Source: a plasmid
Sequence record: NZ_CP118990.1
Reading direction: 5' to 3' (one strand)
Length of the DNA: 64,000 bases
The notes beneath the pieces are model-generated. The model had not been told where the DNA came from and did no database searches. It worked only from the letters and a program-made list of their open reading frames with translations. Positions 1 to 9,299 of the stretch are shown one piece after another; the stretch's first letter is position 1, and each line of letters begins with the position of its first letter. A program made the position numbers and the translations under genes.

Positions 1-388
1 GGCCGTGGAGCTCTATGAGCCGTTCCATGAACCTCTCCGGCGAGCTGGTGGCCGTATCATCGGGTGTAACATCTTCGATGTCACCCCGGATGATGTCGCC
101 AATGTAGATGTCGTGCTCATGAACCCGCCATTCTCTGGCGCTCAGGATGTGAAGCACGTTGAGTATGTCCTTTCTATTGTGCCTGATCGTGTGGAGGTCC
201 ACGCCATCATGTCAGGGGCGGTAAAGGACAACACAAGCCGGATCTATACGGGTTTTCGAACCTTGCTGGATGCGTTTGGAATAAAGCCGGAAGACCTGCC
301 TGCTGGAACCTTCAAGGACTCCGGCACTCAAGTTAAAAGCTGTATCGTTCGGATACCTAGCCGCCGCAAAGCTACGCTGGCTGCATAA
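1..388 (+). CDS. DNA methyltransferase, C-terminal fragment (amino-MTase class); gene starts upstream of the window
   Basis: Frame is open to the window edge. VVLMNPPF matches motif IV (N/D-PP-F/Y) of N6-adenine/N4-cytosine MTases. Confidence 0.5.
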   Translation, partial: AVELYEPFHEPLRRAGGRIIGCNIFDVTPDDVANVDVVLMNPPFSGAQDVKHVEYVLSIVPDRVEVHAIMSGAVKDNTSRIYTGFRTLLDAFGIKPEDLPAGTFKDSGTQVKSCIVRIPSRRKATLAA

Positions 389-470
389 GTGTCGTTGAAA
401 CAAAACCCTCACCGGGGTGCTTACCCGGAAGGGGAGGGCACCCTGCTTATTGATAATCAGGAGGCCCTCT

Positions 471-2921
471 ATGCAACATTCACTGAACTTTGACGTACCG
501 GCACAACCTCACCCAGTCCTTCTTCGGGGGGACAAGTGGGATTCGGTATGGTCAACACTGGCGGATAACGAGGATCTGAACTTCGTGGACGCGAGTCGAG
601 GTACCAGTCTTGCATCGTTGATCACCTCGTCCGTAGAAGCGATTCATACCGCTTTACTGGACGGCTGGACAATGATGGTAGGGTACTCTAGTGGCAAAGA
701 CTCTGAAACGGTGTTGCACTTGTTCCTGATGGCCCTTATCCGGGCTGTTCGGACAGGACAAACCATCAGTCAGCACCACTTTATTCTTCATACTGACACG
801 CTAATCGAGAGCCCAGAGGTTCGCTGGTTGGCGGATATGAAACTGGCTGCCCTGGAACGCTTCATCGCGAAGGAGAACCTTCCGTTGACTATCGTTCTGG
901 CAAAGCCAGGGATCACTCAAAGTTGGACTGGCCGCATCTTAACTGGGCGCGGATTGCCAACTTTTTCCAACAGTAGCGCCAGGCAGTGTAGTGCTGATTT
1001 GAAAATTTCGTCTGCCAAAAGGGCCAAGGCAGCCTACATGCGAGACCTTCCCAAGGAGGTGCGTGAGAGGGTTTGCCTGATGCTCGGTAGTCGTGATGCT
1101 GAGAGCAGCATTCGTGCGGCCAACATTGCCAAACAGCAAGGAAACTCCACTCGTGTCGTAAAGACAAAGGAGGGAGGTGAGTTGTATGTGGTGAAGCAAT
1201 GGCTGGCAAGCGACGTGTGGGAGTTGCTACTGTCCTCAGGAATGGGGGCGGCTTACCCTTTGCCAAGTTACTTGGAGAGCAACACCGAAACGGCGGAACT
1301 CTACAAGGCGGCGACAGGGGAATGTGTCTGGTCGGCCAATGATAAGAAGAAAAGCGACGCCTGTGGCGCCCGCTTTGGTTGTTGGGCCTGCCAGGCTGTT
1401 GGGTTAGACAAGTCGATGGAGACCCTACTCGCCACCGATCCTGAAAAACACAACTACATGAAGGGCCTGAATAGCATCCAGCGGTACCTTGCTAAGCGGC
1501 GTTACGCCTGGGAGGATCGTCATCCGGTCGGGAGAACGATCTATGCGGGCGGGTACATCAAAATTCAGCCAGACGTCTACCACCCCAAGTTCATCGAGAG
1601 GTTGCTCCATGTTTGTTGCAGCATGGACTTTATAGAGCAGCAGAGAGCCGAAAAGCAGGCTGATATGCTGGCTATGGGCCTGATCGAGGATAACGAGTGG
1701 AATCGTCGTATGGCTGAACCGCAGTTCCGGATCGTGTCGGAACAAGCGTTGGTGCACATCGACTTTATGTGGTCGTTCCATCACTTCAACGACAAACCGT
1801 TCCGGGCCCTGGAGATTTATCACAGGGTCTGGTCCTTTGGTGAGTTGGATTTGTTGGAGGATGAAGCTGAGTGTGAAACCTTTCCCCAGACGCCGATCCC
1901 CAAGCCCCTGTGGCTAAAGGTGGCCCGTTGGGGAGATGGCTCGCTCTCTGACGGCCTGGCCGATCCTATGGCGGAAATGACCTACTTTGACGGTGGCGAT
2001 GACCCAGCAGCAGTGCGGGTAATCAATACCGCGGACGGGAAAAGGCGGGTTGTTTGTTTCGCAGAAGATGACGAGGTGACGGTCGATCCGGATTCCGCCG
2101 CGTTCATTATCTGGGAGGAGTACCCGCGATTGCGTGAATCTGTACTGGCAGGACAATACACCCCCGGCAGTGCAGCGCAGTTCTACCTCAGGTTTGGAGT
2201 AATCCAGCTTGCGAAGGGGAAGGGCGCTCTGTATCACAGAATGATGCAGCGCGGCCAGACCTACCATCAAATGGGCCTCACCGGGTACCAGACGATGGAA
2301 GGCCTCCAGCAGCGCAAGGATGTCAAGGTGCTCAGCGATGCTAAGTACCGGGATCTGGTGAAACGAAAAATCAAAGGGAAACTGGCAACGGTGCGCTGGT
2401 GGCTGAATCTGGATCTCGCGTTCAGATACCACCTCCACCACAAAACGCCGATAGGCCTGTTCATCCAGGCTCGTCTTGATGCGGAAGCTCAGGCGGAGGC
2501 ACAGCAGCACCAAGCTCGTTGGTTTAACAACGTATCCGGTGCAATGCTTGGCTACTCCAGTGCTTTTGGCATGAGTGTCATGGAAGGGAGGGAAGGTGCC
2601 GGTAATACGGACATCCGTCGCTACATGATCGCCACACGAAGGAAGGCCTATAAGGCTCTCAACGAGCTTCTGGAACATGCTGGCATTGATTGGGCTGGCA
2701 AGGTTATCCATGAGCTTGTGAAAGAGTATGAAGGCATCCTGGCTGCGCTTAACGAGGGTTCAGCGTTAGCGCTGAGTCTGGACTGGTTGAATTTACTGTC
2801 AAAGCGTCATCCTGAGGCTCTGCATCGGCATGTCAGAACGATGATCAAGGCAATCCATCGCCAAGAGCATCTGCATGGTAAGCCGCACAGGGGACAGGTT
2901 GGCCTGTCTTTGGCCGCATAA
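471..2921 (+). CDS. PP-loop ATPase / PAPS-reductase-like protein (DndC-like), about 817 aa with a long unique C-terminal extension
   Basis: YSSGKDSETV PP-loop (SGGxDS-like) motif near the N-terminus and a Cys cluster CGARFGCWAC. AGGAGG RBS 7 nt before ATG 471; the ORF track starts earlier at 417. Confidence 0.5.
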   Translation: MQHSLNFDVPAQPHPVLLRGDKWDSVWSTLADNEDLNFVDASRGTSLASLITSSVEAIHTALLDGWTMMVGYSSGKDSETVLHLFLMALIRAVRTGQTISQHHFILHTDTLIESPEVRWLADMKLAALERFIAKENLPLTIVLAKPGITQSWTGRILTGRGLPTFSNSSARQCSADLKISSAKRAKAAYMRDLPKEVRERVCLMLGSRDAESSIRAANIAKQQGNSTRVVKTKEGGELYVVKQWLASDVWELLLSSGMGAAYPLPSYLESNTETAELYKAATGECVWSANDKKKSDACGARFGCWACQAVGLDKSMETLLATDPEKHNYMKGLNSIQRYLAKRRYAWEDRHPVGRTIYAGGYIKIQPDVYHPKFIERLLHVCCSMDFIEQQRAEKQADMLAMGLIEDNEWNRRMAEPQFRIVSEQALVHIDFMWSFHHFNDKPFRALEIYHRVWSFGELDLLEDEAECETFPQTPIPKPLWLKVARWGDGSLSDGLADPMAEMTYFDGGDDPAAVRVINTADGKRRVVCFAEDDEVTVDPDSAAFIIWEEYPRLRESVLAGQYTPGSAAQFYLRFGVIQLAKGKGALYHRMMQRGQTYHQMGLTGYQTMEGLQQRKDVKVLSDAKYRDLVKRKIKGKLATVRWWLNLDLAFRYHLHHKTPIGLFIQARLDAEAQAEAQQHQARWFNNVSGAMLGYSSAFGMSVMEGREGAGNTDIRRYMIATRRKAYKALNELLEHAGIDWAGKVIHELVKEYEGILAALNEGSALALSLDWLNLLSKRHPEALHRHVRTMIKAIHRQEHLHGKPHRGQVGLSLAA

Positions 2922-2924
2922 CAT

Positions 2925-2951
2925 GGACCTCCCTTCGGGGAGGTTTTTTTT
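2925..2951 (+). terminator. Rho-independent terminator after the PP-loop gene
   Basis: ACCTCCCttcgGGGAGGT stem followed by T8. Confidence 0.6.
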
Positions 2952-3126
2952 GCGCCCCAAAAAGGCATTTACAGCGTTTTACAAAAAGACCTGGGGCACA
3001 TAATATTTTCCCATTGTCAGCGCTTGCTGGCTCAATGGTAGCTGGCCCAAAACAGCAAAACTTCCTCAATCCGGAGAGCCCTCTCTGGGGGCGATCCAAA
3101 TCCCCCCCCATCAAGGAGAATGCCTC

Positions 3127-3324
3127 ATGGAAAAATTGAACTCACTCGTTTCTCAACTTGAGAACGTCCAGACCGAACTTGATGATGAAATCATCGAAGA
3201 GGTCATCAACGTCATTCAAACCCGAGAGCAAGGCTTGGCGCTGGAATTAGTTGGCTCGTTACCCGCGAACCATCCCTTCACGCCGTTTGTTGTCGCCCTC
3301 GCGCACAAGATCAACAATAAGTGA
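3127..3324 (+). CDS. hypothetical small protein (65 aa)
   Basis: AAGGAGA RBS 6 nt upstream of the ATG; compact ORF between terminators. Confidence 0.4.
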   Translation: MEKLNSLVSQLENVQTELDDEIIEEVINVIQTREQGLALELVGSLPANHPFTPFVVALAHKINNK

Positions 3325-3384
3325 CTGCTTGGCACCTCTCTAGCAAAATGCCGTGAGAGCACCAACCCACCTATCTCACTTTTA

Positions 3385-3413
3385 CCCACCGGGTACATCA
3401 TGCCCCGGTCGGG
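3385..3413 (+). promoter_or_regulatory. Conserved upstream hairpin motif copy 1 (CCGGG-tacatcatg-CCCGG)
   Basis: One of three related hairpins with a GGGTACATCAT loop, each 30-45 nt upstream of a gene start (3448, 4021, 5077). Confidence 0.45.
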
Positions 3414-3447
3414 CTTGGCGTACCTCCAACATCCAATTGGAGTCAAT

Positions 3448-3735
3448 ATGTCCGATATAGCCACACGCAGCCCTGGTCCTGGCTACCTCAAAATTAAGGA
3501 TTTTGGTTGTGACAAGCTCTTTCAATCTGTCGATGAGCTCAAAGGCGTATTGTCTGAACAGTACAAAGGCAAACACGTCACCATCGTTTACCCGTTGAAA
3601 AGCGGGATTCATAGAATGCTACTCGTCAGCATCAACGCAGAAGGTTGCGTCAATGAGACCTATGGGCAACAGAGGCCGATCGACTTCGCTGCTATCAACG
3701 CTGAACGTCAACTTGCAGAGGTGGTACTCGTATGA
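3448..3735 (+). CDS. hypothetical protein (about 95 aa)
   Basis: GGAG RBS before ATG 3448. The earlier ATG at 3400 lies inside the hairpin motif. Confidence 0.4.
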   Translation: MSDIATRSPGPGYLKIKDFGCDKLFQSVDELKGVLSEQYKGKHVTIVYPLKSGIHRMLLVSINAEGCVNETYGQQRPIDFAAINAERQLAEVVLV

Positions 3736-3950
3736 GTTATCGTCAGGTAGTGCTCGATTCTGATGAATGGCATAGCATGTGGGCCGAGCTGGCGTCTGAG
3801 GAGATCAACTCTGGCGATCCAGCGTGTGTCCATCCAGAAACTCAGGAAGCCTGGCAGTACATGGGTACCAGTAATGGCGTCCATTCGTTCCGTCATCGCA
3901 ATCATCCGGTAACTGGCACAAGAGAATATCGCCACGTTCCAATGAAGTAA
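3732..3950 (+). CDS. hypothetical protein (72 aa)
   Basis: ATGA stop/start overlap with the previous ORF. Confidence 0.35.
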   Translation: MSYRQVVLDSDEWHSMWAELASEEINSGDPACVHPETQEAWQYMGTSNGVHSFRHRNHPVTGTREYRHVPMK

Positions 3951-3958
3951 TCCATTAA

Positions 3959-3987
3959 CCCCACCGGGGACATCCGTCCCCGAGGGG
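3959..3987 (+). promoter_or_regulatory. Conserved upstream hairpin motif copy 2 (CGGGGA-catccg-TCCCCG)
   Basis: Related to the motif at 3385; positioned before the gene at 4021. Confidence 0.4.
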
Positions 3988-4020
3988 AGGGTGTCTCCCA
4001 CTGAAAATCAGGAGATACCT

Positions 4021-4866
4021 ATGATTAAGCAACATTTTCAAAATGAACTGGTCAAGCACGGCTACCCCGCAGATCTGACTATCGAATACAGTCTGGGATA
4101 CTGTCAGGGAGATGGCATGGCCTTCTACGGAAGCCTGGGTGTTGATGACGTTCAGGCACTGATGAAGCGTTTGTTCGGTACCGAGCAGGGCTCAGCCGAT
4201 GCAGTTCGCCGAGTGAAGAACCTGATGGCGCAAAAGGACATCGATCACATGATTAATGTTCTTCGCGATTACGGTAACTGTGACCTATCTATAACTCGAA
4301 ACAGCTTCGGTCAGCATTACAGTCACTGGAATACGATGAGAATCGATAGCAACGTGGACTTCACCGGGGTTTTCCCTGATGAAGAGACCATGCTGGGAAC
4401 TGGCATTGAGGGTATCAACCCTGAGATGTTGGAACGCTGGCAAGGTATCTGGGATCGCTTCATTGACGCGCTCCAGGACGACGTAAAGAGCTTATCCAAG
4501 AGGCTTGAAGCTGATGGATATAAGCTGATCGAAGCTACCCCGTATGAAGAGACAGTTGTTTGGCAACGAACTACTGAAAGCTACCAGGTACGTGTCATCG
4601 AGCTCCCTGAACACGAGTTTGACATGGATGACTGGGATGCAGATTGTCGAGACCAGACCATTCGCGATCTCCTGGATGGGAGTCAGCGAGTGCTGGGCCT
4701 ACGTGTTGAGGTTCGTGATCATGATGGCGATTACATCTTGGCTGACAACAGCATGTATGGTCTGACCCTATCCATCGATGATAAGAAGTACGATGGATAC
4801 AGACGTGAGATGCTCCGGGATGTGATAACGCAGGTCAGATTACTTAACGACCTTAAAGCGGCATGA
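4021..4866 (+). CDS. hypothetical acidic protein (about 281 aa)
   Basis: CAGGAGA RBS before ATG 4021; long clean ORF. Confidence 0.5.
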   Translation: MIKQHFQNELVKHGYPADLTIEYSLGYCQGDGMAFYGSLGVDDVQALMKRLFGTEQGSADAVRRVKNLMAQKDIDHMINVLRDYGNCDLSITRNSFGQHYSHWNTMRIDSNVDFTGVFPDEETMLGTGIEGINPEMLERWQGIWDRFIDALQDDVKSLSKRLEADGYKLIEATPYEETVVWQRTTESYQVRVIELPEHEFDMDDWDADCRDQTIRDLLDGSQRVLGLRVEVRDHDGDYILADNSMYGLTLSIDDKKYDGYRREMLRDVITQVRLLNDLKAA

Positions 4867-4872
4867 TGAAGG

Positions 4873-4896
4873 CAGGGGGAAACCCCCTGCTTTCCA
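4873..4896 (+). terminator. hairpin terminator
   Basis: GCAGGGGGaaaCCCCCTGC followed by a T-rich run. Confidence 0.5.
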
Positions 4897-5014
4897 GGTG
4901 GCATAAAATTTCACATGTGAAATTTTTGTGTTACTCGGAAAGCAAGATTTTGCTCTCTGCTGAGAGTAAATCGTGAGATAGCTGGTCTCCCAAAACAAAC
5001 AGCAATTTTATTAA

Positions 5015-5047
5015 CCCCTGCGGGTACATCATCCCGCTCGGGATCGG
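5015..5047 (+). promoter_or_regulatory. Conserved upstream hairpin motif copy 3 (GCGGG-tacatcatc-CCGC)
   Basis: Same GGGTACATCAT loop as the copy at 3385. Confidence 0.45.
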
Positions 5048-5076
5048 TGTACCCACCACAAAATGGAGTACACCTT

Positions 5077-5457
5077 ATGAACAAAGTTATTTTGGACCCT
5101 ACCCACATCCGTCAACAAGCTATCGATGATGAGCTGCTGGTGGACCATTCAGCGTTAGCTGAAAAAGCTGGTTTCCTAACTGGTGTGGCCGTCACTAAGG
5201 CGGTCTACCTCGGTGTTATCGGACTCAGCAGTAAAAACGTAGACGACCATCAGCTTCTGTTTTTGCAAGTCTGTTCAGCACAAACAAAGGTTGCGCTCAC
5301 CGACTACAAGCAGTGGCAGCGGATACGCTTTTACTACCCCATACCAACTTCTGACGGATTTTTCATTCCGAAGGAAGTGGTCATTAAATGCGATGTTAAT
5401 CACTCATTCGTCACGATCATGTTGGCCTCGGAAGAGGGCACTCAACTGTTTCTGTGA
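5077..5457 (+). CDS. hypothetical protein (about 126 aa)
   Basis: GGAG RBS before ATG 5077. Confidence 0.4.
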   Translation: MNKVILDPTHIRQQAIDDELLVDHSALAEKAGFLTGVAVTKAVYLGVIGLSSKNVDDHQLLFLQVCSAQTKVALTDYKQWQRIRFYYPIPTSDGFFIPKEVVIKCDVNHSFVTIMLASEEGTQLFL

Positions 5458-5467
5458 TGATCCTAAT

Positions 5468-5530
5468 CGGCCTCCCTTCGGGGGCTGATTTTTAAACCCC
5501 TGCCGGGGAGAGCTCCCCGGTTGGGGTGCC
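5468..5530 (+). terminator. Tandem hairpins / terminator region containing a TTTTTAAACCCC motif
   Basis: CCTCCCttcgGGGG and CCGGGGagagctCCCCGG hairpins. The TTTTTAAACCC motif recurs at 7585. Confidence 0.4.
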
Positions 5531-5629
5531 TCCTTGGCGTATCTGCCCGGTGTCGGGGTTTCCTTAAACCCCTTGCAACGGGGGGATTAAGGAAGCCTCG
5601 ATGCCGGGGTTATCGCTAAGGAGAAACCT

Positions 5630-7321
5630 ATGTCTTATTACAAAGCTGATACCGTTCGTAATGCAGCAGTCGGAAATTGGTTGTTCATCCTGGCGGCCCT
5701 GGCGCCCCATCTTGAACCCTCGCTCCGTAAGCCAGGTCGTCATGTTAGTTGCCCAATTCATGGGGGGCGTGATGGCTTTCGGTTGTTCAAAGATGTCCAT
5801 CAAACAGGAGGCGGTGTATGTAACACATGCGGTGCTTTCCATGATGGTTTTGAGCTGCTGATGTGGGTCAACAATCTTGACTTTAAGCAGTGTCTGATTG
5901 AAGTAGGTGAGTACCTGGGTGTCGAGAAAGAAGATAACCAGACTCAACAGCCGTCGGTGAAACCAGCGCAAGTTCCTGTACAGGCAAGTCCTGTTCAGCA
6001 AGGACCTGTAATGGTGAATAACAAACTTCGCGAGGGTAAACCTCACAAGGTTGTCAGCGGCACTCTTATTGCTCACGGCCAAGCGCCGTTTGACCATAAA
6101 GAGGAGAACGAGCTCAATTACTTCGCAGTGCTCCGTACCAAGTCCAATCATGAGCGGACTTGTTGGGGAGTGGATCTTGAGCGGGCCATTAGTGAATGTG
6201 GTGTTGAACTGGGCGAAGACATCATCATGACAAACCTCGGGCGCGAGCCTGTCACTGTCCTCATCCAAGTCAAGGATGAACAGGGGAATGTCGTGAAGGA
6301 ACAACCCATGCAAACCCACCGTAACACCTGGGTGGTAGAACGCAGTAATGCGACGGTGACAGCGCTTCGCGCTCGCTCAAACGGCGGTGTAGAACCTGTA
6401 GTCGGAAGTGAAGTGGCCATGTCTGTGGCCGCAGAACAACCGGTCGTGCCGGAAGCCCCAGCTGCAATAACCAACCAGAAGGTTGTTCCGATGTTCCGTG
6501 AACAACCGAAACCCTGGTTACTCGAACTTCAAGAGGAAATGGCGAAGCGTATGGAGCGTGAACGCGCCTACAGCGCTCGTCTTCGCGAGAAGATTGAGAA
6601 AATCTGGGAGGGGTGTGTTCCATATTCCTGCCGGATTACTGAGCCAATGAGGCTCTACCTCCAAAGCCGTGAACTCGTGTTCAACGTGGATGAGGTAGAG
6701 AAATCAGACTGCTTGCGGTTCCATCCAGAAATGGCCTACTACGACGAAGATGGCAATGAGGTCGGGAAGTTCCCGGCCATCGTTTGCGCCATCCGAGACG
6801 TTGACGGTAATTTGGTTACGCTCCACCGTACCTACCTGAGCAAAAGCGGTAAAAAGGCCAAGGTAGTTAACGCCAAAAAGATGATGCCAATTCCCGATGG
6901 ATTGGATGTCAATGGCGCGGCGGTGAGACTGGGTGAACCGACAGAAGGGATTCTGGGTCTGGCCGAAGGGCTCGAAACAGCGCTCTCGGCTTATCGAGTG
7001 ACTCAGATACCCGTCTGGTCAACGGTGAACGCAACCCTGATGGAGTCTGTCGAGATTCCGGCCGGTGTGCACACCGTCTTGATCTGGGCTGATAAAGACA
7101 AGTCGGTAACCGGCGAGAAGTCAGCAAACGTGCTGAAAGCCAAGCTGGAAAAGCTGGGCATTCAGGTTTACGTGCTGCTGCCTAAACTCCCGATCCCGGC
7201 AAAGGCGAAAGGCGTTGACTGGAATGACGTTCTGATGAGCCAGGGGACTCTCGGTTTCCCGAATGCTCGCTATCTGCGCGATTTTATTGCCAGAAGGAGA
7301 GCTGAATATGGCCGTTCTTAA
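5630..7321 (+). CDS. DNA primase: N-terminal zinc-binding domain plus C-terminal Toprim domain (TraC/P4-type)
   Basis: N-terminal C-x-H...C-x2-C (CPIHGG...CNTCG). The C-terminus has a Toprim-like GILGLAEGLETALS...LIWADKDKSVTGEKSAN. TAAGGAGA RBS. Confidence 0.6.
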   Translation: MSYYKADTVRNAAVGNWLFILAALAPHLEPSLRKPGRHVSCPIHGGRDGFRLFKDVHQTGGGVCNTCGAFHDGFELLMWVNNLDFKQCLIEVGEYLGVEKEDNQTQQPSVKPAQVPVQASPVQQGPVMVNNKLREGKPHKVVSGTLIAHGQAPFDHKEENELNYFAVLRTKSNHERTCWGVDLERAISECGVELGEDIIMTNLGREPVTVLIQVKDEQGNVVKEQPMQTHRNTWVVERSNATVTALRARSNGGVEPVVGSEVAMSVAAEQPVVPEAPAAITNQKVVPMFREQPKPWLLELQEEMAKRMERERAYSARLREKIEKIWEGCVPYSCRITEPMRLYLQSRELVFNVDEVEKSDCLRFHPEMAYYDEDGNEVGKFPAIVCAIRDVDGNLVTLHRTYLSKSGKKAKVVNAKKMMPIPDGLDVNGAAVRLGEPTEGILGLAEGLETALSAYRVTQIPVWSTVNATLMESVEIPAGVHTVLIWADKDKSVTGEKSANVLKAKLEKLGIQVYVLLPKLPIPAKAKGVDWNDVLMSQGTLGFPNARYLRDFIARRRAEYGRS

Positions 7322-7586
7322 TGCTGCGAAAGTTAACACTACGCCTGGCAATGACGCTGTGTGCCCCTTCTCACCCCCTTTGGGGTGGGAAGGTGACTCG
7401 GCGGCCTATATGGTATTGATGCGTTCTCGGTACACCGACTTGATGCACGGGCAGCGAATGTTGTTCATCAGCTCCTTCTCCAGAAGAGGGAACCTGGTGG
7501 AGATAGTCGGACCCTATGCAGAAGAGGCAACCAGGATCATTGAAGCCATGCACAACAAGCCAAAGGCCCTCAAGGCCTCGGCTTAA
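7308..7586 (+). CDS. hypothetical protein
   Basis: AGGAGA RBS before ATG 7308 (the internal Met of the ORF-track ORF starting at 7263). Confidence 0.35.
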   Translation: MAVLNAAKVNTTPGNDAVCPFSPPLGWEGDSAAYMVLMRSRYTDLMHGQRMLFISSFSRRGNLVEIVGPYAEEATRIIEAMHNKPKALKASA

Positions 7587-7651
7587 TTTTTAAACCCTTA
7601 GGGGGGCAAAGACCCCTGAGGGGGTCATGCGCCCTCCAATTTTTGGAGAGA

Positions 7652-7903
7652 ATGATGAAGAAGTTTTTGCGCATGAAAATGTGGTGGGTGCTGTTATTGG
7701 CCCCTGGCAAGAAGACACTAATGGCTATCGGCGACGACCTGCGTAAGGTCGGGGTCAACGCTCTGAGTGTCGGCATTGTCGGCGTGGTTGTCACTGGTGA
7801 TACAATAACCGGTGACGAAGCCTTGCTCGTACTGCTGGGTGGGGTTATCCTTTGGTTAACAGGGGTAATCCTGACCGGTATGGGCAATAGGGAGGATGAA
7901 TGA
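7652..7903 (+). CDS. small membrane protein (2 TM)
   Basis: Hydrophobic segments; GGAG RBS. Confidence 0.35.
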   Translation: MMKKFLRMKMWWVLLLAPGKKTLMAIGDDLRKVGVNALSVGIVGVVVTGDTITGDEALLVLLGGVILWLTGVILTGMGNREDE

Positions 7904-8019
7904 GCAGCATCGCCATCTTGGTCGGTCTGTTTGGATTCTTAATATTGTTTGCGATTGGAAGTGCATACCTTTTCCATGAGCGCGAAAAGCAAAAAAAGCA
8001 TCCTCACGGCCATCCGTGA
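7900..8019 (+). CDS. possible 39-aa hydrophobic peptide (MSSIAILVGLFGFLILFAIGSAYLFHEREKQKKHPHGHP)
   Basis: ATGA overlap with the previous gene; a terminator follows. Too short for the ORF track. Confidence 0.2.
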   Translation: MSSIAILVGLFGFLILFAIGSAYLFHEREKQKKHPHGHP

Positions 8020-8030
8020 ATCACGATGAT

Positions 8031-8066
8031 AAAAAGGGGTCAGCATAAGCTGACCCCTTTTTTTAT
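8031..8066 (+). terminator. Rho-independent terminator
   Basis: GGGGTCAGCataaGCTGACCCC followed by T7. Confidence 0.65.
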
Positions 8067-8155
8067 GCTCCAAATCCTGGGGGAAGGCACCAGCCCATGG
8101 TTACCCTTCATGAACACCTGATGGGATTTGTTTGGTCTCAGCGAACTAATCTTGG

Positions 8156-8185
8156 TGTGGGATGAAAATATTTTCATCCCACACT
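8156..8185. repeat. Perfect palindrome GTGTGGGATGAAAATATTTTCATCCCACAC
   Basis: Read directly. The same GGATGAAA..TTTCATCC palindrome family occurs three times in 14283-14608. Confidence 0.6.
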
Positions 8186-8354
8186 TGGGATTAAACTAGG
8201 TAGACATATTTGACTGGTAAGCAAGCCGGGGTTAAAGTGGACATATATGACAGTGCTAATCCGTAAGAAGTATCAAGGAACGGCAATGTATTGCCCTGCA
8301 TGAGTTGTTGTCCGCTTCCATACTTCGGCGATGCGGCTCCCGAGCTTGGAGATG

Positions 8355-8644
8355 AAATGGCCGCCGATGTGATAGCTGCTTTAAAGCGTATATCTTCAAG
8401 TAGTCAGGCAGATAAAGGGGTAATCATGACAGTAGAGCAGCTTTTGAAGATGGCCCCAGATGCCGCGATGGCTTGGGTGCAGGAGAACCGTGCAACATTT
8501 GAGCTCGTGCCTTTAACCCCTTCTGATGAAATGATCAAAGCCGCAGCGGGGCCCGATTATAGCCAAGAAGATCGTGAGTTGGTTACTCGGGAATGGGTAG
8601 ACATGATCGAGACGCACCGCCACGGCTATTCCATCGTGGCCTAA
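8355..8644 (+). CDS. hypothetical protein
   Basis: ORF with a GGAG-ATG at 8355. The ORF-track start is 8291. Confidence 0.3.
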
Positions 8645-8659
8645 ATCAGAGGGAAAGCT

Positions 8660-8887
8660 ATGAAATTGGTACGCATCACTCTCCCTGGTTACATGCTGAA
8701 AGGCGAAGCTGAATGCCTGCACTGTGATTACGTGAAGCCATACAGTATGAATCGTGAGGGAATGGCTCGTGGAACAGCGCTTGATAAGGCCCGTGCGGCT
8801 GTAGCGGCCCTCTGCTGCCCGTCATGCGGTACGAGCGATGATGGTTGTATAGCCGTACTGAGCCCCGGCCAGACCGGCGATAAGTAA
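8660..8887 (+). CDS. hypothetical Cys-containing small protein
   Basis: ORF with an RBS (GAGGGAAAGCT). Confidence 0.3.
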   Translation: MKLVRITLPGYMLKGEAECLHCDYVKPYSMNREGMARGTALDKARAAVAALCCPSCGTSDDGCIAVLSPGQTGDK

Positions 8888-8900
8888 GAGGATAAACGGC

Positions 8901-9149
8901 ATGGAACACACAGAAGGCCCTTGGGTCGTCAACGAAAAGCATCCTGCTCGTAGCAGCGACGCTGAGGTTATCATCGAGCAGAAGGGGGGCAGTGCCCCTA
9001 TCGCGATCTGCCCACCTATTTATGGTGGCCAGCAGAAAGCTAACGCCCGGCGCATCGTGGTCTGTCAGAAAATCTGCCGAGGTTACTCGACTGATGAACT
9101 CGAACAGAGAGGGCTCGTTGCCCTCGTCGGCGACGAGCTGCTGAAATAG
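8901..9149 (+). CDS. hypothetical protein
   Basis: ORF with an RBS (AGAGGATAAACGGC). Confidence 0.3.
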   Translation: MEHTEGPWVVNEKHPARSSDAEVIIEQKGGSAPIAICPPIYGGQQKANARRIVVCQKICRGYSTDELEQRGLVALVGDELLK

Positions 9150-9299
9150 GATGGACTGCTCAAGAGCATCAGGGAGCGAATCCGCGACTGGACTTCGATG
9201 ACCCCAGCCGACATGAAAGCCGCTCTGTCCGACATTGAGGACGAGATCTCCGCAGCCGAACTGCTGTGAGCGCGATAAGAGTTAAGGGAAAGACAGACC

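Noticed and set aside
913-2711. Several minus-strand ORFs (117, 86, 132, 265 aa) inside the 817-aa PP-loop gene
   Set aside because: They are antisense to a long, motif-bearing gene in GC-rich DNA and have no RBS, so they are most likely spurious.
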